From positions 672,852 through 736,851 of the forward strand of contig CP060236.1 in NCBI GenBank assembly GCA_023898725.1: DNA of 64,000 nucleotides. The letters are read 5' to 3'. The notes beneath the pieces are model-generated. The model had not been told where the DNA came from, ran no database searches, and was given only the letters and a program-made list of their open reading frames with translations. Below, piece after piece: positions 19,837 to 29,399 of this stretch. How positions within the stretch are numbered: position 1 is the stretch's first letter; every line of letters begins with the position of its first letter. The translations under genes were made by a program, and so were the position numbers. The DNA is from Alphaproteobacteria bacterium. GTDB lineage: Bacteria; Pseudomonadota; Alphaproteobacteria; JAUHZC01.

Positions 19837-20097
19837 TCAATAATGTTCCTCTACTAAATCTACGCCCTTGAGCAATATAAGGATAATGGCAAATGGGAAA
19901 AAAAGTACCGACCAAAATAAGAGCCACCCCATGGATCCGCGGTACTCAAGAGTAAGTGTGATATCGTTGAAGTTTAAACCAAGATTTTTCACAGCCAGGA
20001 TAAGAGCAACAGGGGGAAAGGTAAACAAGAATAGAATAAAAAGAACAATGTTTCCCCTGTATGTAAAAGGGTAAGAATATTTTTTGACGATAGGCAT
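19837..20097 (-). CDS. Small 2-TM membrane protein translationally coupled to the MotB-like gene
   Basis: About 86 aa from the first ATG (a TTG-initiated ORF extends to 20109). Two hydrophobic helices, both containing prolines (FTFPPVALIL, FFPFAIILIL). Its TGA stop lies 2 nt before the downstream ATG. Confidence 0.45.
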   Translation of the reverse strand: MPIVKKYSYPFTYRGNIVLFILFLFTFPPVALILAVKNLGLNFNDITLTLEYRGSMGWLLFWSVLFFPFAIILILLKGVDLVEEHY

Positions 20098-20329
20098 AAG
20101 GCAATACAAAATTTTTATGCTAATAAAATATCATATATAGAAGCGTGCAGCAATATGGGGTAGATCCGCCTTCGGGCAAACGATTTGGGTAGCAGGGTCG
20201 TCACCAGATTGGGATTGTTAAAGTCTTGGGGTAAAAAGGTGATTCTTGGAACAAAATCATTGACACTGCATTTGGAATTACGATAAAGGAATATAACTCT
20301 TATAATTACGCAGAAATTTAAGGAAACAC

Positions 20330-20944
20330 ATGTCCAAAAGGATCGAAGCAAAGCACAAGATTGATCGTAGATTGCGCGTGAACCTGTGGGGAAGAGCAAA
20401 AAGCCCCATTAATAAACGCAATGCCCGCCCCGGCCAGCATTCCGCAAAACCTCACAAGGCATCAGAGTATGGTATTCAGCTTATGGCTAAGCAAAAACTT
20501 AAGGGTTACTATGGAAACTTGAATGAGCGTCAATTTCGCAATACCTATGAGCGCGCCGCTCGCGCTAAAGGTGACACGGGCGAGAATCTCATCAGCTTTC
20601 TTGAGCACCGCCTGGATGCCTTTGTGTATAGAGCCAAGTGGTCTCCTACTGTTTTTTCTGCCCGGCAGATTGTGAATCACGGTCACATTACGGTCAACGG
20701 TCAGCGTGTAAATATTCCTTCCTATCGCCTGCGTTTAGGCGACGTTGTGGAGTTGCGTGATACCATGCGCACGAATGTTGTGGTGCTAACAGCCCAACAA
20801 TCACCAGAGCGAGATATTCCAGACTACATTGATGTGGATGCGAAGTCCTTCACAGGAAAGTTTACACGTGATCCTTTGTTGGACGATGTTCCTTATCCTG
20901 TGCAAATGGAACCTAACCTGATCATTGAGTTTTACTCACGCTAG
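20330..20944 (+). CDS. rpsD: 30S ribosomal protein S4
   Basis: 204 aa; typical S4 N-terminus and S4 RNA-binding domain. Confidence 0.9.
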   Translation: MSKRIEAKHKIDRRLRVNLWGRAKSPINKRNARPGQHSAKPHKASEYGIQLMAKQKLKGYYGNLNERQFRNTYERAARAKGDTGENLISFLEHRLDAFVYRAKWSPTVFSARQIVNHGHITVNGQRVNIPSYRLRLGDVVELRDTMRTNVVVLTAQQSPERDIPDYIDVDAKSFTGKFTRDPLLDDVPYPVQMEPNLIIEFYSR

Positions 20945-21132
20945 TCATTCGTGCTGAGGAATATTTTTTTACGCCCAATAGAAGATTTCAAAAAAGTATA
21001 AACCTGGTCCATGCGATCAGGTTTTTTTGTGAGTACACATCAAAATCCTTTGGAAACCCTAACGAAAAATACCTACTCTTGTTATAAGGGCTTGAGTTTT
21101 TTTAAGAATCGGTTATGTTTCAAGGATCATAA

Positions 21133-21209
21133 GGGCCTGTAGTTCAGTTGGTTAGAACCCACCGCTCATAACGGTGTTGTCGTAGGTTCGAGTCCTACCG
21201 GGCCCACCA
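21133..21209 (+). tRNA. tRNA-Met (anticodon CAU; could be the lysidine-modified tRNA-Ile2)
   Basis: 77-nt cloverleaf read by hand: acceptor GGGCCTG/CGGGCCC, anticodon loop CTCATAA, T-arm GGTTCGAGTCC, encoded 3-prime CCA. Confidence 0.8.
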
Positions 21210-21293
21210 CTAAAATTTCATATCTTCACTTTTTTTCTAAAATACTGTACGCTTATTTGAAGCAGTACAAAAATTTTAAGAAAGTCGCTCTTT

Positions 21294-21779
21294 ATGAAAA
21301 AAATAATATCCGTAGGTTTTCTTGTTCCAGGGTTGGTAATATCCGCTCTTGTGGTGGGTGGGTGTGCCCGTAATATCAGCTCATCGATGTACTCTGAGAG
21401 TTCGGTTGGTAGTGTTGCAGAAACACTGGAGGGAACAATCCTAAAGGTTCGATCTGTAACTGTAAAGGGCGCTGAGAAATTGGGAGAAAACGCAACAGGC
21501 ATGGCCATAGGTGGCCTTACGGGCGGTGTTTTGGGCCATCAGTTTGGTAAAGGTAGAGGGAATATTGCAGCCACAGTCGGCGGAGGGCTACTTGGTGCAG
21601 GTCTTGGTGCCTTAGCAGAAGATGCCCTTACGACGCAGGAAGGCTTGGAGTATGTGGTGCGCCTGACAGATGGACGCTTGAAAACAGTCGTTCAAGGAAA
21701 GGACAATCCAATTGCTGCCGGTCAACGCGTGCTTCTTTATATTTACAGCACAGGCCGTTCACGTGTCGTGGCTTTCTAA
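21294..21779 (+). CDS. Glycine-zipper lipoprotein (SlyB / 17-kDa-antigen family)
   Basis: 161 aa, lipobox VVGGC after the signal peptide. Gly-zipper GGLTGGVLGHQFGKGRGNIAATVGGGLLGAGLGA. Confidence 0.6.
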   Translation: MKKIISVGFLVPGLVISALVVGGCARNISSSMYSESSVGSVAETLEGTILKVRSVTVKGAEKLGENATGMAIGGLTGGVLGHQFGKGRGNIAATVGGGLLGAGLGALAEDALTTQEGLEYVVRLTDGRLKTVVQGKDNPIAAGQRVLLYIYSTGRSRVVAF

Positions 21780-21933
21780 GTGCGCGCGTAATGTCTCGTG
21801 ATATCTATGCACGGGCGTGTAAATCAGTCATTTTTCTTAGTAAGGGTTATGTGTTTTTTTGTGGGAACTGTTGACTTACCCCTAAAGAGCACTTATAGAG
21901 TACTAAATTGTTTTTTAATGTAAGGATTGTTTG

Positions 21934-22068
21934 ATGAAACGTACGTTCCAACCAAGTCGGCTTGTTCGTGCACGTCGCCACGGGTTTCGTTCACGCATGG
22001 CAACACCTGATGGTCGCAATCTTATTGCCCGTCGCCGTCAAAAAGGTCGCAAGCGCTTAAGTGCATAA
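21934..22068 (+). CDS. rpmH: 50S ribosomal protein L34
   Basis: Hand-translated 44 aa [44 protein letters not shown]. Too short for the ORF track. Confidence 0.9.
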   Translation: MKRTFQPSRLVRARRHGFRSRMATPDGRNLIARRRQKGRKRLSA

Positions 22069-22156
22069 CCTGATCTTTTCGTTGTTTTCCTGAGTTATTA
22101 TACGTGGCAGACTTTCTGTCTGCCCTTCAGATTTTTTGACTATCTAAAGAATTTCC

Positions 22157-22552
22157 TTGGTATCATTTGGACGCATTCGCAAAAGGCCTCAGTACCAGTA
22201 TGTTTCTCATAGTGGTAACAGGTTTTTTTGCCGCTATTTCTTGCTGCAGGGTGTTTGTACTCCTGCAGATCCCTCTTTGTTAGACGATATGACGAATCAG
22301 CAAAAAGCACAGATCAGATTTGGCTTTATTGTAACACGCAAAAATGGCGGAGCCGTTGTACGTAACCGTATTAAGAGACGCTTAAAAGAAGCGTGCCGCG
22401 CTACGCTGCATAGGCAAAAGCTTTCATTAGACTGCTGTGTTGATATTGTTGTAATTGGAAATGCACGGTGTACTCAGGCACCCTTTTGTGAACTTGTAGA
22501 GTCGCTAGAGAAAGGAATCCAGGACCTTTGCGTGAGGGTTGGTGCGCGATGA
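22157..22552 (+). CDS. rnpA: Ribonuclease P protein component
   Basis: Basic ~120-130 aa ORF directly after rpmH; FGFIVTRKNGGAVVRNRIKRRLKEA RNR-motif region. Start uncertain. Confidence 0.75.
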   Translation: MVSFGRIRKRPQYQYVSHSGNRFFCRYFLLQGVCTPADPSLLDDMTNQQKAQIRFGFIVTRKNGGAVVRNRIKRRLKEACRATLHRQKLSLDCCVDIVVIGNARCTQAPFCELVESLEKGIQDLCVRVGAR

Positions 22553-22782
22553 AACTTTTTACGGCCATAATGTTGGTTTTAATTCGTTTGTATCAACTAA
22601 CGTTTTCTTATTTCATTGGCCGTCAGTGTCGGTTTGAACCAACATGTTCAACCTATGCCTATGAAATGATTCTGAAGAATGGCCTTCTTAAAGGAGGGGG
22701 GATGGCATTAAAACGCTTGAGCAAATGCCATCCCTGGGGTACAACCAATGATCAAAATGAGGATTCTCTTTCTAAAAAGTAA
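22549..22782 (+). CDS. yidD: Membrane protein insertion efficiency factor YidD
   Basis: MKLFTAIMLVLIRLYQ…CRFEPTCSTYA…CHPWG; overlaps the rnpA stop. Confidence 0.85.
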   Translation: MKLFTAIMLVLIRLYQLTFSYFIGRQCRFEPTCSTYAYEMILKNGLLKGGGMALKRLSKCHPWGTTNDQNEDSLSKK

Positions 22783-22816
22783 GAGAATCAGTGTGTAACA
22801 CAAGCGAGAATAAGCA

Positions 22817-24628
22817 ATGAATAGTGATGATAGCAAAAATTTAATCCTAACGCTTGTAATTAGCATGGTTGTGCTGTTCGGGTGGAATGTTTTTTTTGAT
22901 ACGACGCCGATCAAAACAGTCTCAAGTGCATCAGAAGCATCGAAAGTGCTTTCGGAAGATGTTCCGTCTGCTAAAAAATCTTCTGGTTCTTTTACCAATG
23001 AAGATACTCTGCGGTCTCATGCTGATCTCTCAACCTCTGTGTCGCGAGAAGATGTTCTGAAACAAAGTCCTCGTATTGCTATTTCATCACCGACCTTTTC
23101 GGGAACCCTGCGTCTCGTGGGTACACGTCTTGATGATATAACGTTGGAAAAATACAAAGCAAACGTTAATCAAGATGATCCTAAGGTTCGTGTTTTGAAT
23201 CCCCAACGCAGTACCGGTGCGTATTATATTGACATTGGTTGGTTGAGCACGGATCGTACGCAGGAAGTGCCGAATGAGCACACCCCGTGGCGTGCACAGT
23301 CACAAAACCTTTCACCCGGAAATCCTCTTGTTCTGACCTGGCAAAACAGCACCGGGATTGTATTCACCCGGACAATCAGTGTTGATGATAAGTATCTGTT
23401 TACTGTGCAGGACAGTGTTCACAATACCGGCAATACTAATGTAAACATCCAGCAATATGCACTGATAAGCCGCCATGGAACTCCTGATGTATCGAATTAT
23501 ATGGCGGTACATGAGGGGCTAATTGGTTATGTTGGGGGAAAACTTCAGGAACTTAAGTATGCTGACATCCAAGAGAAGGGAAGGCTGGAGTTCCGGACGC
23601 AAGCGGGATGGTTTGGTTTTACGGATAAATACTGGCTAACATCTATTATTGCTGATCCTAAAACCGATCAACCTGTAACATTTCGACATACACGCAATGA
23701 GAGTGACGTCCGCTACCAAGTAGATACCGTAAGCAATGCCCTTGCTGTGAAGCCGGGGGGAACCGTAACAACCACTACGCATGCTTTTGTAGGCCCCAAA
23801 GAACTTAATGTGCTAGACAGTTATGAAGAACTTTTGGGTATTGAGCACTTTGATCTGGCGGTTGACTTTGGTTGGTTCTACTTTATTACAAAACCCATCT
23901 TCCATTTATTGAGCTTTCTCCAAAAAATCCTTGGAAATTTTGGCGTGGCAATTCTTGCCCTCACGGTTATTCTCAAACTTATTTTCTTGCCTCTTGCAAA
24001 CAAATCCTACCGGTCTATGTCCCGAATGAAGGCATTACAGCCAAAACTGGAGAAGCTTAAGGAAACTTACGCCAACGATAAGATGGCCCTGAATCAAGAA
24101 ATGATGGCCCTTTATAAGCGTGAAGGTGTAAATCCTATGGGTGGCTGTTTGCCGATGGTTGTGCAAATTCCTTTTTTCTTTGCCCTATACAAGGTATTGT
24201 TTATATCTATTGAGATGCGTCATGCGCCGTTTTGGGGATGGGTAAGTGATTTATCAGCGCCTGATCCTACAAATATCTTTACGCTCTTTGGCTTGATCCC
24301 ATGGACCCCCCCCAGTTTTTTGATGATGGGTTTGTGGCCCTTGATCATGGGGCTGACGATGGTGCTTCAGCAACGCATGAATCCTGCACCGACAGATCCT
24401 ATTCAAGAAAAAATGTTTATGATTATGCCGGTAATGTTTACCTATATGTTGGCACAGTTTCCTGTGGGCTTGGTGATTTACTGGGCGTGGAACAATATTC
24501 TGACAATTGCACAGCAGTGGTATATTATGAACCAAAACAAGGGACTTGGTTTACGAACGTATGCAGCAGAAAATGGGGACAAAGGTCAAATAATTTCTCA
24601 CAAGCCAAAGTCTCCGAAGAAGAAATAA
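22817..24628 (+). CDS. yidC: Membrane protein insertase YidC
   Basis: 603 aa; N-terminal TM, large periplasmic domain, C-terminal 5-TM core. Sits in the rpmH-rnpA-yidD-yidC cluster. Confidence 0.9.
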   Translation: MNSDDSKNLILTLVISMVVLFGWNVFFDTTPIKTVSSASEASKVLSEDVPSAKKSSGSFTNEDTLRSHADLSTSVSREDVLKQSPRIAISSPTFSGTLRLVGTRLDDITLEKYKANVNQDDPKVRVLNPQRSTGAYYIDIGWLSTDRTQEVPNEHTPWRAQSQNLSPGNPLVLTWQNSTGIVFTRTISVDDKYLFTVQDSVHNTGNTNVNIQQYALISRHGTPDVSNYMAVHEGLIGYVGGKLQELKYADIQEKGRLEFRTQAGWFGFTDKYWLTSIIADPKTDQPVTFRHTRNESDVRYQVDTVSNALAVKPGGTVTTTTHAFVGPKELNVLDSYEELLGIEHFDLAVDFGWFYFITKPIFHLLSFLQKILGNFGVAILALTVILKLIFLPLANKSYRSMSRMKALQPKLEKLKETYANDKMALNQEMMALYKREGVNPMGGCLPMVVQIPFFFALYKVLFISIEMRHAPFWGWVSDLSAPDPTNIFTLFGLIPWTPPSFLMMGLWPLIMGLTMVLQQRMNPAPTDPIQEKMFMIMPVMFTYMLAQFPVGLVIYWAWNNILTIAQQWYIMNQNKGLGLRTYAAENGDKGQIISHKPKSPKKK

Positions 24629-24629
24629 C

Positions 24630-25262
24630 GTGAAGTCTATTACCCCTCGGCAGTTATTTGTAAAATCCTGTGATTTTGTTGGGGGAAGTGGCGATCCATC
24701 GGTTCTCAAGCTGCCTGATTTGCCCGAGATAGCATTTGTTGGGCGTTCAAATGTGGGTAAGTCGTCACTTATTAATGCTCTTTTTAATCGTAAAAACTTG
24801 GCGCGAACATCACGCACACCCGGCCGTACCCAAGAAATAAACTTTTTTAATTTGGGTGGACTGGCCCTCTTTGTAGATTTGCCGGGCTATGGCTTTGCGA
24901 GTGTGCCTATAAAACTAAAGCATGCTTGGCAGAAAGACATGACCACCTATGTGACAACGCGTCGGGGGATGCGGATGCTCTTTGTTTTGGTGGATGCTCG
25001 TCATGGGCTAAAGCCGATAGACTTTGATTTATTTAATATTTTACACGCGTCAGCGACACCTTTTCAGGTTGTTTTGACCAAGACAGATAAAATATCCTCC
25101 GATGAGGTGGAGAGTCGTCAGCTGGAGACACAGAAGTCTGTAGAGGATCATTTTACCTGCGCCCCTGAGGTCCTTGCTGTAAGTGCTGTAAAAAAAACAG
25201 GGTTATCTGCTCTTCAGATGCGTATCTTTCATTTAGTTTTTCCAGATCTTATGATAAAGTAG
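24630..25262 (+). CDS. engB: Ribosome biogenesis GTPase YihA/EngB
   Basis: 210 aa; G1 GRSNVGKSS, G3 DLPGYG, G4 TKTD. Confidence 0.85.
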   Translation: MKSITPRQLFVKSCDFVGGSGDPSVLKLPDLPEIAFVGRSNVGKSSLINALFNRKNLARTSRTPGRTQEINFFNLGGLALFVDLPGYGFASVPIKLKHAWQKDMTTYVTTRRGMRMLFVLVDARHGLKPIDFDLFNILHASATPFQVVLTKTDKISSDEVESRQLETQKSVEDHFTCAPEVLAVSAVKKTGLSALQMRIFHLVFPDLMIK

Positions 25263-25286
25263 TATCCAGATAATCTAGTATAGTCC

Positions 25287-25805
25287 GTGAAAAAATATCT
25301 CTGTCTCTCTTTTGCTCTCAGTGCTTTTTTATCCCCTGTTTTGGCTGAAAGCCCGACACGTCTAGGAAGATTTGGCGCGTGGGATGTCTTTAAAGCAACC
25401 GAAGAGGGAAAACCCATCTGCTATATGACATCATCTGCGACGAAAGCAGAAGGTAAGTATAAAGTGCGTGGTCCTGCGTTCATTATTGTCACTCATCGCC
25501 CCTATCTTAACAGTTATTTCTCAGTAAGCATTGACGCGGGGTATACCATCCATAGTGGCCATAAGATGACTCTTATAGCGCAACAAAAAAGCTATGCATT
25601 TGACCTCGTTCAAGGAGAAACAGCATGGATTTCACAGGCTACAACAGATAAGAAAGTAGCCTTAGCTATTGCTAAGACGTCGGGGAATATTGTGGTTAAG
25701 GGGAAATCTTCTCGCGGAACGTTGACAACAGATACATACTCAACCCGAGGGAGTTTGCAGGCGCTGCGCACCATGTCGCGGGCCTGTCGTGTTGCCATTA
25801 AATAA
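25287..25805 (+). CDS. Invasion-associated locus B (IalB) family exported protein
   Basis: 172 aa, signal peptide. GAWDVFKATEEGKPICYMTS resembles the IalB G-W-V-C…C-M motif region. Confidence 0.5.
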   Translation: MKKYLCLSFALSAFLSPVLAESPTRLGRFGAWDVFKATEEGKPICYMTSSATKAEGKYKVRGPAFIIVTHRPYLNSYFSVSIDAGYTIHSGHKMTLIAQQKSYAFDLVQGETAWISQATTDKKVALAIAKTSGNIVVKGKSSRGTLTTDTYSTRGSLQALRTMSRACRVAIK

Positions 25806-25838
25806 GGCTGACTTAACGTCATCGCAATAAGATCTTTG

Positions 25839-26783
25839 CTACTGCTTTTTGATAGATTTTTTGCTTTCTGAAAGCAGGATTCCTTCTTCGCGAGGGTGCG
25901 CTTCGCTGTGTATTTTAACTAACTGCTCCATATTTACATCAACGTATTGTTGCGTACTTGATAGGTTCGCATGACCTAAAAGGGTTTGTATTTCCCGCAG
26001 GTTCGCTCCATTACCCAGCAGATGTGAAGCAAAGCTATGCCGCAAAGCATGAGGCGTTACCTCATCTGGAAGATTCAAAAGTCTGCGAACGCGCCTCAGC
26101 GATTGTTGAATAACCCCTGCGCTAAGTTTTCCTCCTCGTGCGCCTAGAAAAAGGAGTCTCTCTGACTCCTCAGGAAAGGGACATTGCGCACGATAGCACT
26201 CAATGGCTTGCCTGCATGGGGCAAGCATGGGAACTTCACGATCTTTTTGGCCCTTCCCCCGAATGATGAGTGTGTCTGCAATATCGCGGATGCGAAGTCC
26301 CAGTGCCTCACTGATACGCAATCCCGAGCCATACAAAAGCATAAAAATGGCTCGATCACGCACGTGTACCCATGTGTGCATCCCTGTGGCATCAAGAATT
26401 TTGGTAATATTTACAAAAGTCATTGGCCGCGGCATTTTTTTGGGAATGCGAGGCAATGTCAGATGCGCAAACGCCGATGTTTGGAGGCCTCGTTCACTCT
26501 CAAGATACAGCATAAACGATTTTAAGGCAGAAAGATTACGTGCGAGCGTGCGGTGAGAAACATGGTTGTTCAGGCGGTGAGATAAAAATGCACGAATATC
26601 ACGGGCTTCTAGCGTACGAATAGTCTCCATGGTTATCGTATCATTGGTGTGTTGAGCAAGAAAAACCAAAAAAGCGTGTACATCGCACGCATAATTGAGG
26701 CACGTGTGCTTTGAGCCCCCTTTGGAGACTTTGAGCCATGTGAGCCATGATTGATAGCATTCAACAAAAGATGAAGGAAACAC
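25839..26783 (-). CDS. xerC: Tyrosine site-specific recombinase XerC-like
   Basis: 314 aa; catalytic box HALRHSFASHLL…LLGHANLSSTQQY. RHSFA and GHANLS favour XerC over XerD. Confidence 0.7.
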   Translation of the reverse strand: MFPSSFVECYQSWLTWLKVSKGGSKHTCLNYACDVHAFLVFLAQHTNDTITMETIRTLEARDIRAFLSHRLNNHVSHRTLARNLSALKSFMLYLESERGLQTSAFAHLTLPRIPKKMPRPMTFVNITKILDATGMHTWVHVRDRAIFMLLYGSGLRISEALGLRIRDIADTLIIRGKGQKDREVPMLAPCRQAIECYRAQCPFPEESERLLFLGARGGKLSAGVIQQSLRRVRRLLNLPDEVTPHALRHSFASHLLGNGANLREIQTLLGHANLSSTQQYVDVNMEQLVKIHSEAHPREEGILLSESKKSIKKQ

Positions 26784-26840
26784 GGTGGGCCTTACTTGAC
26801 GGTGGAATTCACAGAACTCTATACTGCATCATCATAATTA

Positions 26841-28847
26841 ATGAGCTTACTATTGTCGAGTCACTCACCCAAATATCTCCGTGCTCATCCGGTTGGCCCT
26901 TACGGGGATGCTTATGACTATGCGTGGGGAGAGCATCTGGATATACACAGGGGGATGTTTGTGCGTGTGCCATTAGGCCGGCAGGAAGTAACTGCTGTTG
27001 TTATTGATTCTTGTGTGCATCCCACAATCGATCCTGCGCGTATTAAAAATATTTCGGCAACATATATGTACGCACTGACAGCCGATTTTTTAACAGTATT
27101 GGAGTGGGTAAGTACTTATAACGTAGTGCCTTTGGGGCAGTTTTTAAAAGCAACGCTGGGAGGAGTTGACCTTGACCATTGCTATCGCCCAATAAAACCA
27201 AAAATACCGAGAGATGCTGAGACCAAGCCTTTGACTTTGAATGCTATTCAAGAAAATGCCTTTCAAATCATCAAAAATGGCTTTGCCGCAGGTACAAAAG
27301 TAGCCTTACTGGATGGCGTCACAGGCTCAGGAAAAACGGAAGTGTACGTGCGCCATGTTTATGATGCCTGGCTCTTAGGAAAGCAGGTATTAGTGTGTGT
27401 GCCTGAAATTGGCCTTACTCCTGCGTGGATATCCCGGTTTGAGGGGAGATTTGCCGCTGATTGTGTTGTATGGCATTCGCGCATGACACCGGCTCAACGT
27501 TATCGGGTGTGGACACGTGTTGTGCGCGGAGATCCTCTTGTGGTTATTGCCACGCGTTCCGGTTCTCTTTTACCCTTTGCCAATCTCTCCTTGATTGTCA
27601 TGGATGAAGAGCACGATGGGAGCTATAAGCAGGAGGAATCCCCCGTTTACCATGGACGCGATGTAATTTTGGCGCGCAGTCATTTTGAGCAAGTAGATGT
27701 GATTTTAAGTACAGCTACGCCAAGCTTAGAAACGTATCATCATACACTGCAGGCGAAATATGTGCATGCAAAAATGCCCGAGCGTGTAGGCGTCAGCACA
27801 CTTCCCTCGATTGAAACGATTGATATGCGCCAAGGTAACGCACGTACTGACGGTGACACGCCTGAGCGATGGCTTCACCCCAAAGTCTTGGTAAAGATCA
27901 AGGAAACCTTGGATCGCCAAGATCAAGTATTTTTATTCTTGAATCGTCGGGGTTATGCTCCCCTCGTGATGTGCGGTTCGTGTGGTCATCGCGTGGGGTG
28001 CCCTCAATGCAGCACAAGCCTTGTTCTTCATACAACCAACAATACGTTACGGTGTCATCATTGTGGATTTTTACAAACGCTCCTTAGGACATGCCCGTCG
28101 TGCCTAAGCGAGGCTCTACTACCGTGTGGTCCTGGTATTGAGCGCCTTGAGTCCTATGTGCACAAGTATTTCCCTGGAACGCATGTTGCTGTTGTATCCA
28201 GTGATCACCTGCGCTCTCCTCGGGAAATGGAGGCCCTTCTTGCGGATGTTGAAGCTAATAAAATTAGACTTTTGATTGGTACGCAAATGTTAGCTAAGGG
28301 ACATCACTTTCCTAATCTTACTTGTGTGTGTGTGGTCGATGCTGATGCTGGATTAATGTCTGAGGATTGGCGTGCCTGTGAAAAAACCTATCAATTAATT
28401 CATCAGGTGGCTGGGCGTGCTGGGCGTGCTGAAAAAGCGGGACATGTGTATATTCAATCTTATCAACCTGAGCATCCTGTTTTACAGGCTTTATGCACCC
28501 ATGATAGAGATGCCATCTATCGTTTGGAACTCGATCAGCGAGAACAAGGAAATCTCCCTCCGTTTGGGCGCATGATGGCTGTTGTTGTCTCGGCAACATC
28601 TCTTGACATGGTGACGGAGTGGGTAAGGCGTATGCGAGATCACATCCCTTTGCACCCTGATGTGCAGGTATTAGGGCCAGCACCGGCACCTCTGGAAAAA
28701 ATTCGCAATCACTACCGGTGGCGCTTTTTGTTTCGGGCTCCCTCTCGTTTCCCCTTAAGTAAGTATGCCGCTACGTGGATGCAAAGCTTGAAGTTTCCCC
28801 GTGCCCTACGGATCAAGCTTGACATGGACCCACAAAACTTTTTGTAA
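26841..28847 (+). CDS. priA: Primosomal protein N-prime (PriA helicase)
   Basis: 668 aa; Walker A GVTGSGKTEVY, DEEH box, Cys cluster CGSCGH…CPQC…CHHCG. Confidence 0.9.
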   Translation: MSLLLSSHSPKYLRAHPVGPYGDAYDYAWGEHLDIHRGMFVRVPLGRQEVTAVVIDSCVHPTIDPARIKNISATYMYALTADFLTVLEWVSTYNVVPLGQFLKATLGGVDLDHCYRPIKPKIPRDAETKPLTLNAIQENAFQIIKNGFAAGTKVALLDGVTGSGKTEVYVRHVYDAWLLGKQVLVCVPEIGLTPAWISRFEGRFAADCVVWHSRMTPAQRYRVWTRVVRGDPLVVIATRSGSLLPFANLSLIVMDEEHDGSYKQEESPVYHGRDVILARSHFEQVDVILSTATPSLETYHHTLQAKYVHAKMPERVGVSTLPSIETIDMRQGNARTDGDTPERWLHPKVLVKIKETLDRQDQVFLFLNRRGYAPLVMCGSCGHRVGCPQCSTSLVLHTTNNTLRCHHCGFLQTLLRTCPSCLSEALLPCGPGIERLESYVHKYFPGTHVAVVSSDHLRSPREMEALLADVEANKIRLLIGTQMLAKGHHFPNLTCVCVVDADAGLMSEDWRACEKTYQLIHQVAGRAGRAEKAGHVYIQSYQPEHPVLQALCTHDRDAIYRLELDQREQGNLPPFGRMMAVVVSATSLDMVTEWVRRMRDHIPLHPDVQVLGPAPAPLEKIRNHYRWRFLFRAPSRFPLSKYAATWMQSLKFPRALRIKLDMDPQNFL

Positions 28848-28895
28848 TGATGAAAAGGGTGTTACTATGCGCTCATTTGATTACGTATAATTCCG

Positions 28896-29399
28896 ATGAA
28901 AACCAGTGATAGAAATCCTCCGATTGTTTGTTTGTCATCCTCAGAAGCGGACACGATAGCAATTGCCCGCGTGACCGCAAATTTTTTTGTTCAGGGGGAT
29001 CTGTGCGCACTGATGGGAGATCTTGGTATGGGAAAATCTGTTTTTGCCCGTGCGGTTATTCACACAATCATGGGCTATGATCTTAACGTCCCCAGCCCTA
29101 CGTATACCCTTGTTCAAACCTATGAGGGAAAAAGATTTCCTCTTATGCATTTCGATTTATACCGTCTTGAAAACTCAGAAGATGTCATAGAGTTGGGATG
29201 GCAGGATCGCTCACATGCCTTGGCACTTGTCGAGTGGCCGGAGAAACTTGACACCATGTATCCGGCTATTTGTTGGGAGGTGATATTTCAAATGAATCAA
29301 GAGGTGCGTGAAATAACAATTTCTCCTCCCCCGGGGTTTGAAGAGAGGTATTGTGAGCTGAAACAGAAGCTTTTGGGATTGTGTGGTGGAAACACATAA
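28896..29399 (+). CDS. tsaE: tRNA t6A37 biosynthesis ATPase TsaE
   Basis: 167 aa; P-loop GDLGMGKSVFARAV. Overlaps the addB start by 17 nt. Confidence 0.8.
   Translation: MKTSDRNPPIVCLSSSEADTIAIARVTANFFVQGDLCALMGDLGMGKSVFARAVIHTIMGYDLNVPSPTYTLVQTYEGKRFPLMHFDLYRLENSEDVIELGWQDRSHALALVEWPEKLDTMYPAICWEVIFQMNQEVREITISPPPGFEERYCELKQKLLGLCGGNT

Noticed and set aside
19837-20329. Whether the small 2-TM ORF plus upstream DNA is a decayed motA/exbB pseudogene
   Set aside because: Only ~220 nt separate it from the rpsD start and contain no additional TM-coding frames. The ORF 20115-20399 on the minus strand overlaps the rpsD 5-prime end in another frame and looks spurious. Kept as an intact small gene.
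20945-20975. Weak hairpin (attc…gaat) plus T-run after rpsD as a terminator
   Set aside because: Stem only 4-5 bp. Too weak to call confidently.
20945-21132. Possible mobile-element insertion next to the tRNA
   Set aside because: No integrase, transposase or repeat of the tRNA 3-prime end, and the flanking genes are conserved ribosomal-cluster genes.
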